DNA from: an uncultured delta proteobacterium
GTDB lineage: Bacteria; Desulfobacterota; Desulfobaccia; Desulfobaccales; 0-14-0-80-60-11
Direction: 5' to 3'
Assembly (NCBI GenBank): GCA_963812015.1
Contig: CAWETI010000002.1
Coordinates: 128,001-192,000 of the forward strand
Length of the DNA: 64,000 bases
The translations under genes and the position numbers were made by a program. Positions 50,942-61,287 of this stretch are shown one piece after another. The notes beneath the pieces were generated by a model. The model was given only the letters and a program-made list of their open reading frames with translations, ran no database searches and was not told the origin of the DNA. Numbering within the stretch: position 1 is the stretch's first letter; each line of letters opens with the position of its first letter.

Positions 50942-52093
50942 GTGTTAAAATTCACCTGGCGCAATACCGTCCGGCACCCTCTCCGGGCCACCCTCACCAT
51001 CCTGGGGATGGCGGTGGCGGTGCTGGCCTTCTGTCTGCTGCGCACCGTGGTGGCGGCCTGGTATTCCGGGGTGACCGCCGCCTCCCCGACCCGCCTGATA
51101 ACCCGCAACGCCATCTCTTTTATCAATCCCCTGCCCATGGCCTATCTGCCCAAGATCCAGGCCGTGCCCGGCATCACCAATGTGGCTTATTGCAACTGGT
51201 TCGGCGGCATCTATATTGACGAACGGCACTTCTTCCCCACGTTCGCCGTGAATGCGCGCCGCTATCTCCCTATCTATCCGGAGTATGTCCTGCCCGAGGA
51301 CCAAAAACTGGCGTTTATTCAGGATCGCCGGGGGGTCGCGGTGGGCCGGACCCTGGCGGCCCGGTACGGCTGGAAGATGGGGGACCCCATCGTCCTCAAA
51401 GGCAATATCTATCCAGGGGAGTGGCAGTTCATCATCCGGGCCATTTATACCGGCGCCGAACCTACCACCGACGAGTCCCGGTTTTTGCTCCATTGGGATT
51501 ATCTGAATGAGAGCCTGAAGAAGAGCGCCCCCAGCCGGGCCGATAGCGTGGGCTGGTACGTCATCAAGGTGGCCCGGCCGGAGTTGGCCCCCCTGGTGGC
51601 GGACCAGGTGGATGCCCTGTTTAAAAACAGCCTGGCCGAGACCCTGACCGAGACGGAAAAAGCCTTTTTCCTGGGCTTCGTCTCCATGACCTCAGCCATT
51701 CTCCTGGCCATCCAGGTGGTGTCCTGGGTGGTCATCGGGGTGATCCTGATGGTGCTGGCCAACACCATGGCCATGACCGCCCGGGAGCGCCAGGGGGAAT
51801 ATGCCGTCCTCAAGACCATGGGGTTCAAAGCCCGGCACCTGGTGGGCCTCATTTTGGGGGAATCCCTGATCCTGGCCCTGGCCGGGGGCCTGGTGGGGGA
51901 GGCCCTGACCTTCCCGGCGGTGCATTTCTTCAAGACCACTCTGGGGCAATATTTCCGGGTCTTTCCCCTCACCCGGGCCACCCTGGCCCTGGGGCTGGCG
52001 GTGGCCCTGCTGGTGGGCTTTCTGGCGGCGTTGCTGCCGTCCTGGCGGGCTGCCCGGGTGAGCATCGCCGAGGCGCTACGGAAAGTTGGCTGA
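50942..52093 (+). CDS. MacB/FtsX-like ABC permease
   Basis: RHPLRATLT, DALFKNSLAETLTETEKAF, ANTMAMTARER..EYAVLKTMGF. Confidence 0.88.
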   Translation: MLKFTWRNTVRHPLRATLTILGMAVAVLAFCLLRTVVAAWYSGVTAASPTRLITRNAISFINPLPMAYLPKIQAVPGITNVAYCNWFGGIYIDERHFFPTFAVNARRYLPIYPEYVLPEDQKLAFIQDRRGVAVGRTLAARYGWKMGDPIVLKGNIYPGEWQFIIRAIYTGAEPTTDESRFLLHWDYLNESLKKSAPSRADSVGWYVIKVARPELAPLVADQVDALFKNSLAETLTETEKAFFLGFVSMTSAILLAIQVVSWVVIGVILMVLANTMAMTARERQGEYAVLKTMGFKARHLVGLILGESLILALAGGLVGEALTFPAVHFFKTTLGQYFRVFPLTRATLALGLAVALLVGFLAALLPSWRAARVSIAEALRKVG

Positions 52094-52267
52094 GTTCTTT
52101 AATTAAATTGAATAATTGACCTTGGCAGCTCAGGTTTTTATTTTCAAGACCTTGACAGAGAAATAATGTTGTAAAATTGGCAAACATCTTTATAAATGCT
52201 TATTAAAAGGTGCGAGAGGAAATTTTAATCTGCTGGAACACCCATCTCTTGGGGAGAGGATCAAGAC

Positions 52268-53623
52268 ATGGCTAAGGACAAGAAATATATCGTAACCGCC
52301 AGCAGTGAGCTCAATATCCGCTCCGGTCCGGGAACCGATTACGAGAGCGTGGGAACCGTGCCACACGGGGAGAAGATCATATCTCCCGACACCGAGGGTT
52401 GGGTGCCCATTCTTTTGGAAGACGACACCATCGGGTGGGTATCCGCTGACTATCTTCAGGAGGCCCCGGCAGGGGAGCCCGAGCCGGAACCGGAGATAGG
52501 TGCACCCAAAGTCCCCCAGGTCGGTTTTCCCATCTTTCAAAAGGACCTGACCGATACTTTTGGAATCCCCGACTACCAACAGTTTGCCCGGAAAAATCTG
52601 ACCACGATTGACCTGAGCGAGTTTGCCGGCCCCCTGGCTCATGTGCGGAGCTTTGACGGCAAGCCCTTCACCTCAATTTATGGCCATAAGCTCCTGGCAG
52701 GGCCGCTCAAAATGGCCCTGCGTCTAATCTGTGAACGGGGTCTGGCCTGGGAATTGAAGACCTATGACGGCTGTTTTAACATCCGCCCGATGAAATCCGG
52801 TAGCTCCCCTTCGGTGCATTCCTGGGGATTGGCCCTGGATTTTAATTGTGCCACGAACCCTTTTCAATCTGAAAATTCTCGGACCTGGCCGGATTTGGTT
52901 ACCGATTTCTCGGATGACTTTATCAAGTGTTTCGCAGAGGCCGGCTTTGAATGGGGCGGCCTCTGGACCTCGGTCCATGATGCCATGCATTTCCAGTTGC
53001 CCTGGACCCAGGATTGGCGGGAATCATCGGCACCATTGCGGCCTAAGGTTTATTCCCAGGAGGCGCCGGCGGCAGAGGAACCTAAACCGGAAAAGACCCC
53101 TTCGGTTCCTGGTGAGTTCGATTTTTCCACCAAGGACGGCACGATCGCCGCGATCAAAGCCGAGTGCCAAAAACAAGGCATTGGCCTGCCCCCCCAGAGC
53201 GCCTACGTTCTGGCCACGGTGGATTGGGAGACGGGCCATACCTTCAAGCCAATCCCAGAGGAGGGGCCGGACTCCTACTTTGACAGATATGAGGGGCGTG
53301 AGGACTTGGGAAATGTCCAACCGGGAGAAGGCCTGCGTTTTAAGGGCCGGGGCTTCGTGCAAATCACCGGCAGGGATAACTACCAGCATTATGCAAGGCT
53401 CCTGGGTATCGACTTGGTGAACCACCCTGACCTGGCCCTGGAGCCCCAAAACGCCTTGTTCATCCTGGTGGATGGGTTCAAGACCGGGGCATTCACCGGC
53501 AAAAAGATTACCGATTATATCAACGCCGGAGAGACCGATTTCATTAATGCCCGGCGCTGTATCAATGCTTTAGACAAGGCTGAGGAAATCGCCGCAATTG
53601 CGGAGAAATTCCTTAAGGCCTGA
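52268..53623 (+). CDS. Modular peptidoglycan hydrolase: SH3b + M15 metallopeptidase + GH19-like lysozyme
   Basis: LNIRSGPGTDY..GWVSADYL; FNIR..SVHSWGLALD..WGG.W..DAMHFQ; YVLATVDWETG..FKGRGFVQITGRDNY..ARRCIN; no signal peptide. Confidence 0.85.
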   Translation: MAKDKKYIVTASSELNIRSGPGTDYESVGTVPHGEKIISPDTEGWVPILLEDDTIGWVSADYLQEAPAGEPEPEPEIGAPKVPQVGFPIFQKDLTDTFGIPDYQQFARKNLTTIDLSEFAGPLAHVRSFDGKPFTSIYGHKLLAGPLKMALRLICERGLAWELKTYDGCFNIRPMKSGSSPSVHSWGLALDFNCATNPFQSENSRTWPDLVTDFSDDFIKCFAEAGFEWGGLWTSVHDAMHFQLPWTQDWRESSAPLRPKVYSQEAPAAEEPKPEKTPSVPGEFDFSTKDGTIAAIKAECQKQGIGLPPQSAYVLATVDWETGHTFKPIPEEGPDSYFDRYEGREDLGNVQPGEGLRFKGRGFVQITGRDNYQHYARLLGIDLVNHPDLALEPQNALFILVDGFKTGAFTGKKITDYINAGETDFINARRCINALDKAEEIAAIAEKFLKA

Positions 53624-53740
53624 TAGACTGGCTGCGTAAATTCTTCTCGGCCGACCATGCGGAGATTGACCTCAAGCCCGGGTTGTCGGCCGGGGCCTGT
53701 ATCATAATCAATCCAGTTACCAGATCACTGTTGAACCCTA

Positions 53741-54895
53741 TTGCCCATTCCGATTTCCTATAGCTACCGCAACCTCCTGGCCCGGCGGCTGACCACGTTC
53801 TTGACCGCCGGAGGCATGGCCCTGGTGGTGTTCGTCTTTGCGGCGGTGCTCATGCTTTCCGAGGGCTTGCGGCGCACCCTGGTGGCCACCGGCTCCTTTG
53901 ACAACGTGGTGGTGCTCCGGGCCGGCTCCGAGTCCGAGGTCCAGAGCGCCGTGGACTGTACCCAGGCCGGGATCATCAATGCCCAGCCCGAAGTGGCCCT
54001 GGACCAGGAGGGCCGCCGCCTGGTGGCGGACGAGGCCATCGTGCTCATCAACCTGCCCAAGCGGGGCAGCGGCATGCCGGGCAATGTCATCATCCGGGGG
54101 GTGCAGTCGCTGTCGCCGGAGTTAAGGCGGGAGGTGCGCCTGGGCGCCGGACGGTTCCTGAAGCCCGGCTCCACCGAAATCGTGGCCGGGGCCCAGATCG
54201 CCCGGCGGTTTCAAGGGGCGGGGCTGGGGGAGACCCTGCGCTTCGCCATGCGTCAGTGGCAGGTGGTGGGTATTCTGGAGGCGGGCAACACCGGCTTTTC
54301 CTCCGAGCTCTGGGGCGACGTGGAAACTCTCCTCGCCGCCTTCCGGCGCACGGGGTTTTCCTCGGTGACCCTGCGCCTCAGGGAACCCGGGGCCTTCGAC
54401 GCCCTCAAGACCCGCCTGGAGAGCGACCCCCGCCTGCCGGTGCAGGTGCTCCGGGAGGTGGAATTCTACGAAAACCAGTCCCGACGCCTGGCCACCTTCA
54501 TCCGCCTCCTGGGGCTGGTGCTCACCGGCATCTTCGGCCTGGGGGCCATGGTCACCATGTACGCCCAGGTGGGGGCCCGGGTCTCGGAGATCGGCACCCT
54601 CCGGGCCCTGGGGTTCAAGCGACATCACATCCTGGCCGCTTTTCTGCTGGAGTCCATGTTTCTGGGGTTTCTGGGCTGGCTTCTGGGCCTGGCGCCGGCC
54701 TCCCTCCTCAACTTCTTTACGCTCTCCACCATCAACTGGTCCAGCTTCGCCGAACTCACCTTCAAGTTCGCCCTGACCCCGGGGATCGTGCTCAAAAGCC
54801 TGCTCTTCGGGGTGGGCATGGGCCTGGTGGGGGGCTTTCTCCCCTCCCTCAAGGCGGCCCGCCTGCCCCTGCTGGAAGCCCTGCGGGCGGCTTAA
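53741..54895 (+). CDS. Second MacB/FtsX-like ABC permease
   Basis: YSYRNLLARRLTT, SELWGD, TMYAQV..R..EIGTLRALGF. Confidence 0.85.
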   Translation: MPIPISYSYRNLLARRLTTFLTAGGMALVVFVFAAVLMLSEGLRRTLVATGSFDNVVVLRAGSESEVQSAVDCTQAGIINAQPEVALDQEGRRLVADEAIVLINLPKRGSGMPGNVIIRGVQSLSPELRREVRLGAGRFLKPGSTEIVAGAQIARRFQGAGLGETLRFAMRQWQVVGILEAGNTGFSSELWGDVETLLAAFRRTGFSSVTLRLREPGAFDALKTRLESDPRLPVQVLREVEFYENQSRRLATFIRLLGLVLTGIFGLGAMVTMYAQVGARVSEIGTLRALGFKRHHILAAFLLESMFLGFLGWLLGLAPASLLNFFTLSTINWSSFAELTFKFALTPGIVLKSLLFGVGMGLVGGFLPSLKAARLPLLEALRAA

Positions 54896-54999
54896 GGTAT
54901 CGACGGGAGGAGACAGGTAACTCCCGCTCCTACGCCTCATTCCTGGCCCAAATCTAGACTTAATAAAAAAGGCGGCCCGGGCCTCCCCGGGGACGCGGG

Positions 55000-55590
55000 T
55001 CACGGCTCGACTTTGTCGGCAAAGCCGCTGGGGGAGGTCTTTTTCAAGCCCGGGGGCAGGTTGAACAGCCGGTCGGGGACCTTTTCCTCTTTGATGCTCT
55101 TGTATTCCAGGGAAAAATGCCGCTCGCGGCATTCCATCTTGATGGGGAGATCCAATTTAGACGCCACCCAGAAGGTCTGTCTTTCCCGGCCGCCACCCAC
55201 GGGCACGCTGACCTCATACTTTTCGGTGTCGTAGCCGTTCAGCGGTTCTTTGCCCACCAGGCGCTTTTCCAGAGCCGAGAGGGGCATCTGGATGAACTGC
55301 CCGGGCAGCTTTTTCGTAAAGGGCATCTCCATGTAGATCCCCTCCCGGGGGAGGATCACCCAGACCACTTTCAGGTCCGAGCGCACGATAGTAATGGTCT
55401 GCCCCCTCTCATCCACAAATTCCTGGCGCATTTTGCCATCCTGGACATAAATCTTCCCCGGCATGACTTTGGCGTCATCCTTGACCATCATCTGGGCGGA
55501 AAACTCCGCCCCCCCAGCCAGGCCCGGGACCAGCGCCAGCCAACACCAGAGTCCCAGCAGGGTTCCAACGGTCTTTCTGGATCGTTCCAT
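55000..55590 (-). CDS. Exported DUF4412-like protein
   Basis: Signal peptide ..AEFSAQM; GKIYV..KMRQE; GKEPLNGYDTEKYEV; LFNLPPG. Confidence 0.75.
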   Translation of the reverse strand: MERSRKTVGTLLGLWCWLALVPGLAGGAEFSAQMMVKDDAKVMPGKIYVQDGKMRQEFVDERGQTITIVRSDLKVVWVILPREGIYMEMPFTKKLPGQFIQMPLSALEKRLVGKEPLNGYDTEKYEVSVPVGGGRERQTFWVASKLDLPIKMECRERHFSLEYKSIKEEKVPDRLFNLPPGLKKTSPSGFADKVEP

Positions 55591-55782
55591 AACTGCACCT
55601 CCACCTGGAGCGATTGCTTGAGGATTAGATGCTGATGCCGGGCTGCAGGTTAAGCACATGGCGGCTCGCTCCCTGCCGGGGCGCAAGGTATGGCCCCGCC
55701 GGGGCGGAATACCTCACGACCCGACCAGAAGCACATACTCCCTGGAAGGCAACTGCGGAGTATGGAACCGGCGGCGCCGGTC

Positions 55783-56490
55783 TCAAATTTCCCGGCTAAT
55801 GCCGATCCCCTGGCCGGTGAGTTGATAGTATTCCTCCCCGGCGCAGGCCAGGCAGACCTTCTGGCCGGCCTGCACCCGGATGCGGGGTTCCATCACCCCC
55901 TCACCGCAACGGGCGCATACCTCCGTGGCAAAAATCGGGGCATAGGTCGGCATGTGGATGGTGAGGGTCTCGATCAGGAACTGCTCCGCCAGGTCCACCT
56001 CTTCCAACTCCCGCCGGGCCACGGCCCCCCACAGGTGGTGGAAGCGGTGGTGGTCCTCGGCGTTCCCCTGGCGCTGCACCACCACTTTCTCAAACAACGG
56101 CCCCGCGGCCGGATAGCGGGCAAACATGCGCTCCCGGAAATCGGCCTGCACCACCAGGCGCACCGCGGAGCCGTCATGGCGCCGGGCCACGGTGACCGCG
56201 GTCTTGCCCAGGTCTTTATAAATCAGGCCGTTGTTGCCGAAGGTGCAGCCGGTCACCGCCTGGATGCCGTCGGTGAAGCAGTTGTTGCACTCCACGATGG
56301 CCACCACCTCCTCCATGCCGGTGTTCTCCTGGTCCAGGTAGGCCATGGCGTACTGCCCGGCCTTGACCCCCAGGGTGAGGCCGGGACAGAGGTGCCCGTG
56401 CAGGATCTCGGCATGGCGCAACAACCCTTGCAGGTCCTTACTGCGAATCATGGTTTCCACGGCCTGACGGGCCGACGCGTGTTCGTGCAT
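55783..56490 (-). CDS. FmdE family protein with C-terminal zinc finger
   Basis: HGHLCPG, ECNNCFTDGIQAVTGCTFG, CARCGE..CLAC. Confidence 0.9.
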   Translation of the reverse strand: MHEHASARQAVETMIRSKDLQGLLRHAEILHGHLCPGLTLGVKAGQYAMAYLDQENTGMEEVVAIVECNNCFTDGIQAVTGCTFGNNGLIYKDLGKTAVTVARRHDGSAVRLVVQADFRERMFARYPAAGPLFEKVVVQRQGNAEDHHRFHHLWGAVARRELEEVDLAEQFLIETLTIHMPTYAPIFATEVCARCGEGVMEPRIRVQAGQKVCLACAGEEYYQLTGQGIGISREI

Positions 56491-56584
56491 GAAGGCGGTC
56501 CTCTCTTTAGGCAGTAATTTGGGGGAAAGGGGCCAGGGGCTTTTTCGTCAGTGGCCCCCTACCCTCAACGCCTCTTGCTTCACT

Positions 56585-58384
56585 TTACCAGATAATCCGC
56601 ACTCCCCCCAGGTCTTGAATGGAAAAGCTCTGGGTATACGTCAACGAGCCCATGAACATCATGTTGTGAGGGATGTCCAATTCCCGGGACAGGGCGTCCA
56701 CGGTCGCAGGGTTGAACTGGCCTTTCCGGGCCTGGTACTCGATTTTCAGGTCCGGATGCAATTCCCGGATGATTCCCAGGTTTCGGTGAATGTTTAATTC
56801 AGCCGTGGGGTCGTCTTCGGTGTAGAGACGGAAAATTAAGACATTCTGACAGTCTTCATTGCGGCTCAAGTAATTGAAGGCCTTGATCATGCGGTTCAGG
56901 CTGCCCAGACCCACGAACACCACGGCCCGGATATTGGCGATCGCCGCGATTTTCTTTTCCACCCCTAGCCGCCAATTCGAAAAGCGCGTCAGGACCCGGT
57001 CGATGAGGGTCAGAATCCATTTGAGGATGGGGATGCGCATGTACATGGCGATGCCGCCCAGCACCGCGGGGATGAAGTAGATGGCAAAATACCCCAGGAA
57101 GACGAAATTGATGGCCAGGTTTCCCAGGATTCCCAGGGAGGTGGCGATCACTCCAAGGATAACCACCACCCACCCGGCCCTGTAGGTGCGCTTCAATTCG
57201 GGCCGGTTGACCTTGAGCAAAATATTGCCGATGCCGAACAGGGTCATGACCCCGAGGAAGGAGATGGTGTAAACCCCCGCCAGGGACAAGAGCTCCCCCT
57301 TGGTGAGGTAGAGGATGGAGATGCACAGGATCATGAACCCCACGATGATCAGGGGAAAGCTGCCCCGCCGGGTCTGCTTGAGGAGGAACTGGGGAAAACA
57401 CTGGTCCAGGGTCATGCGGTGCACCAGGCCGCTCACGCCCACGTAACTGGTGAGCACCGCGCCGGAGAGCACCAGGAAGGCGTCCACCACGATGAGGGTG
57501 TGCAGTGGTTCGCCGCCCACCATCAACCCCATGCGGCTCACCAGGTCGTTCTGGGCCCCGACGATCTCCGGCACCGGCAGGAGCCCCAGGGCCAGCAGCG
57601 CGATGAGGGGATTAAAAATGGCCACCGCCAGCCACATGTTGCGCAGGGTAAGGCGGAACACCCCGGGCCGCTGCTGCTCCACGTAATTGGCGGAGCTCTC
57701 GAAGCCGCTCACCCCCAGCATGGCCGCGGAAAAACCCAGGAACAGGGCCTTGGGCCAATAGACTTCCTGGTGCAGGAGAGAGAAATTGGACCACCACAGG
57801 GTGGTGAGATTGGTGGTGGAAAAAATCCAGACGACGAACAGGCTCAGGGTCACCAGGTGAAGAATAAAAATAGCCAGGGCCACCCGGGCCGAATCCGTGA
57901 TTCCCAGGATGGTCAGCCCCGCGAAGACCAGGAGCACCACTGCCGTGGCCTCCATGGACGGCAGGATCGGCACCAGGGTTTTTAGATATTCCACCGCGGT
58001 CTTGGCCGAGATTACCGCGGTGGCCAGGTAGGATAGCAGGGTAAGGCAGGCGGCGAAGGAGGCGTCGAACTTCCGGGTGCAGTTGAGCAGGCAGTTGTAG
58101 GCGCCGCCGTCCAGGGGCAGGGCCTCCACCACCTCGGTATAGATCCGGCGATAGAGGTAGAGCACCCCGGCGGCCAGGAGCAGGGCCAGGGGCGCCAGGG
58201 CGTGGGCATAGACGATGGCGATGGCCGACACATAGAGGCAGGAGGAGGTAATGTCATTGCCGCAGATGGCCGTGGCATACCAGGGGCCCAGGCGTTCCTT
58301 TTTCTTGACCGCCCCTTCCAGGAGCTCCTCCGGGGTAGGTCCTCTTTGGTTAATTGTGAAGCCTGCTGAAGAATCCTCGCTCAT
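56585..58384 (-). CDS. APC family permease
   Basis: ATAICGNDITSSCLY, SGFESSAN, multiple TMs and cytoplasmic C-terminal domain. Confidence 0.88.
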   Translation of the reverse strand: MSEDSSAGFTINQRGPTPEELLEGAVKKKERLGPWYATAICGNDITSSCLYVSAIAIVYAHALAPLALLLAAGVLYLYRRIYTEVVEALPLDGGAYNCLLNCTRKFDASFAACLTLLSYLATAVISAKTAVEYLKTLVPILPSMEATAVVLLVFAGLTILGITDSARVALAIFILHLVTLSLFVVWIFSTTNLTTLWWSNFSLLHQEVYWPKALFLGFSAAMLGVSGFESSANYVEQQRPGVFRLTLRNMWLAVAIFNPLIALLALGLLPVPEIVGAQNDLVSRMGLMVGGEPLHTLIVVDAFLVLSGAVLTSYVGVSGLVHRMTLDQCFPQFLLKQTRRGSFPLIIVGFMILCISILYLTKGELLSLAGVYTISFLGVMTLFGIGNILLKVNRPELKRTYRAGWVVVILGVIATSLGILGNLAINFVFLGYFAIYFIPAVLGGIAMYMRIPILKWILTLIDRVLTRFSNWRLGVEKKIAAIANIRAVVFVGLGSLNRMIKAFNYLSRNEDCQNVLIFRLYTEDDPTAELNIHRNLGIIRELHPDLKIEYQARKGQFNPATVDALSRELDIPHNMMFMGSLTYTQSFSIQDLGGVRIIW

Positions 58385-58501
58385 GTGGCTTTATCCCGTT
58401 GAATTATTCTGTGGGTATCGCTGGTAACTTTATCATCTTTGGGGGTGGTCACCGGAAAAAACCGGATGATGAACTAACCGGAAGCCGATAGCGCCTTAAC
58501 G

Positions 58502-60370
58502 TCAAAACTCCATCTGCACCCCGATTTCCAGGACCTGGGCCGGCGGGATGCCCAAATAGGTCGACCCGCTCACCGCGTTCCGGAGCATAAACGTGAACAA
58601 AAACCTGCGCCATCGGGGCAGGCTTCTCTGGCGCGCCGGCACCAGGGAAATCCGGCCCAGGTAATAGGTGATGTTGTCAAGGTCGATGTCCAGGCCTTGT
58701 CGCCGGGCTTGGGACAATACTTGCGGCACATCCGGGGTTTCCATGAACCCGGTATGGACGGTCAGCCGGTACACCCCGTGTCCCATTGCTATGGTTTCAA
58801 ACCGCTGCGACTCCTCGACTTCCGGGACATCGGCGGTTAGGACCGAGAGGATCACCAACCGCTCGGGCAAAGCGCTGGTCTGGGTGAGGAAGCGGAGCAG
58901 CATGGGCGGCACTTCCTTGTGGAAGGTGGAGAGAAATATCCCGGTGCCGGGAGAGCGTAGCGGTTTTTCGGCCGCCACCCTTTCGATGAACTTGTCACTG
59001 GACATGGTCATGCCCATCACCTTCAGGGCCAGCCTCTTCCAGCCATCCCACCAGGTGACCATCACGAACACGATAACCAGGGCGATGGCCAGAGGAAACC
59101 AGCCGCCGGTGGTGATTTTTCCCAGGCAGGCCCCGAAGTAGGTCAGGTCCAGGCCCCAAAACAACAGGCAGAGGGGCACGGTTTTTACCAGACTCCAGCC
59201 CCAGATTCGCCGGGTGATGAAATAAAACACCACCGAGGTGATGAACATGGTGCCGGTAACCGCGATGCCGTAAGCATCGGCCAGATTATCCGAGGCCTTG
59301 AAGTAAAGGGTAAGGGCGATGGCGGCCAACAGCATCATCAGGTTGACGTCCGGGGCGTACACCTGCCCTTCGGCCATTTTAGAGGTGTGCAGGACCCGCA
59401 TGCGCGGCAGGAAACCCAGTTGAATGGCCTGCCGGGTCAAGGAAAAGACGCCGGAAATAATCGCCTGGGAGGCGATGATGGTGGCCAGCGTGGCGAGCCC
59501 CACCATGGGATAAAGCAGGCTGTGGGGGACCAGATGGTAAAAGGAATCGGTGGCGGTTTTGGGATCTTGCAAAACCAGGGCGCCCTGGCCGAAGTAGTTG
59601 CAGAGGAGAGCCGGCAACGCCACCAGATACCAGGAGATGCGGATGGACTTCACCCCGAAATGCCCCATGTCCGCATAGAGGGCTTCGCAGCCGGTGATGC
59701 AGAGCACTACGGCCCCCAGGATGAAAAAGCCGTGCAAACCGTTATGGAGGAAAAATTGCTCGGCGTGCACCGGATTGACCGCGGTCAGAATCTCGGGGTT
59801 TTTGGCAATGGCCATGAGGCCGAGCCAGGCAATGACCCCGAACCAGACAATCATGACGGGCCCGAACAGTTTGCCCATGAAGCCGGTGCCATGGCTTTGG
59901 GCCGCAAACAGGAGAAACAGGACCACGCAGGTCAAGGGCAGGACCAGGGGCTTGGCCTGGGTGGTGGCCACTTCCAGCCCCTCCAGGGCGGAGAGGACGG
60001 AAATGACCGGGGTGATGAGGCCATCCCCGTAGAGCAGGGCGGAGCCGAAGAGCCCCCCCAGGACCAGTCCCCGGCTCAAGCCGGGGCCCAGGTTTTTATG
60101 GAGCGAGGCCAGCATGGCGAAGACACCGCCTTCGCCTGCGTCGTCGGCGCGCATGATGAAAAGGGCGTACTTGAAGCTGACCACCAACATCAATGACCAA
60201 AAAATCAGGGAAACCACCCCGAGGACGTTTGCGGGCGAAGGGGTAATGGAGGATTGGCCGGAAAAGCATACCTTGATGGCATACAGGGGGCTGGTGCCGA
60301 TGTCGCCGAAGACAACTCCCAGGGCGCCGATCACCAGGATATGGGTTTTTTCTTTGAGCTTGTGGCTCAT
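58502..60370 (-). CDS. kup: KUP/HAK/KT potassium transporter
   Basis: GALGVVFGDIGTSPLY, GEGG, LLYGDGLITP, GCEALYADMGHF. Confidence 0.96.
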   Translation of the reverse strand: MSHKLKEKTHILVIGALGVVFGDIGTSPLYAIKVCFSGQSSITPSPANVLGVVSLIFWSLMLVVSFKYALFIMRADDAGEGGVFAMLASLHKNLGPGLSRGLVLGGLFGSALLYGDGLITPVISVLSALEGLEVATTQAKPLVLPLTCVVLFLLFAAQSHGTGFMGKLFGPVMIVWFGVIAWLGLMAIAKNPEILTAVNPVHAEQFFLHNGLHGFFILGAVVLCITGCEALYADMGHFGVKSIRISWYLVALPALLCNYFGQGALVLQDPKTATDSFYHLVPHSLLYPMVGLATLATIIASQAIISGVFSLTRQAIQLGFLPRMRVLHTSKMAEGQVYAPDVNLMMLLAAIALTLYFKASDNLADAYGIAVTGTMFITSVVFYFITRRIWGWSLVKTVPLCLLFWGLDLTYFGACLGKITTGGWFPLAIALVIVFVMVTWWDGWKRLALKVMGMTMSSDKFIERVAAEKPLRSPGTGIFLSTFHKEVPPMLLRFLTQTSALPERLVILSVLTADVPEVEESQRFETIAMGHGVYRLTVHTGFMETPDVPQVLSQARRQGLDIDLDNITYYLGRISLVPARQRSLPRWRRFLFTFMLRNAVSGSTYLGIPPAQVLEIGVQMEF

Positions 60371-60417
60371 GCGGTGCTATTCCTTGGCGGGCTCATAAAC
60401 CGCGTCACAACCCACGA

Positions 60418-61080
60418 TCATTTCTGTTTATTGGAACCCTCCCACCACACCGGGGTCATCTCCATCCGCGCCGCTTCCACCAGGCTGTCGATGGCCTCCT
60501 GGGATTGGGGCGTGGTTTGGAAACCCGGTATTTCCAGGGCATGGCTGATGAGGCTCACCGCGTCGTCCACCGAGATGGTTTTAAGGTGGATGACCAGGTC
60601 ATACAGGGTGGCATCCCAGGCGTCGGCCCCATACAGATAGAGGGCCCATTTGCGGCGCTCCTCATCATCCCGCGTGATGATCTCCCGGGCTTTGTCGGCG
60701 GAGATGCCCTCGCGCTTCACTTCGTCCGCCACCCGGGCCTCCAGGTCGCCCACGATGCGCACCTTGAGCACATGCGGGATGTCCTGGAGAAAAAAATGCC
60801 CGAACAAGCCATGGTAGACCACGTTGTCTTTCTGAACATGCCTCAACAAGGCAGCCCGGATGAACGCTACGTACTTTTCTTTCTGGCGGGTGAACCGCTC
60901 CAGGATGGAGGGGGCGTCTTGAATGGCCCGGATCAGCTTGATCTCCGGGATATTGAATTCTGCCGAGGCCTCCAGGAGAATTTCCCGGGAGATACACTGA
61001 TACCCGAGCTTTTGGGCCAATTTTTCCGCCACTTCCTTGCCACGATAATAGGAGCCCCTGGAAATAGTGATAATGGCCAT
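60418..61080 (-). CDS. Cytidylate kinase-like family protein
   Basis: MAIITISRGSY..GKEVAEKLA; D.ERR.W..LYG..YDLVI. Confidence 0.85.
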   Translation of the reverse strand: MAIITISRGSYYRGKEVAEKLAQKLGYQCISREILLEASAEFNIPEIKLIRAIQDAPSILERFTRQKEKYVAFIRAALLRHVQKDNVVYHGLFGHFFLQDIPHVLKVRIVGDLEARVADEVKREGISADKAREIITRDDEERRKWALYLYGADAWDATLYDLVIHLKTISVDDAVSLISHALEIPGFQTTPQSQEAIDSLVEAARMEMTPVWWEGSNKQK

Positions 61081-61287
61081 CTCTGATCCTTTCTTGGTTG
61101 GGTCAGTTGGGCCCCTTCCCCCTGGCCAAGGCACGCCAGGCTGAGTGGGACGCCAAGCCACAGACGCATGGCCAGGCGCGCCTCCGGAAGGAGTCCTTTC
61201 GTTTGCCGGTGATAGAGGTTAACACAGTTACCTGAGATTTCAAGATTTTCCGATGCGGCCTGACCACGGGCGGCCCAGCCTGACGGG

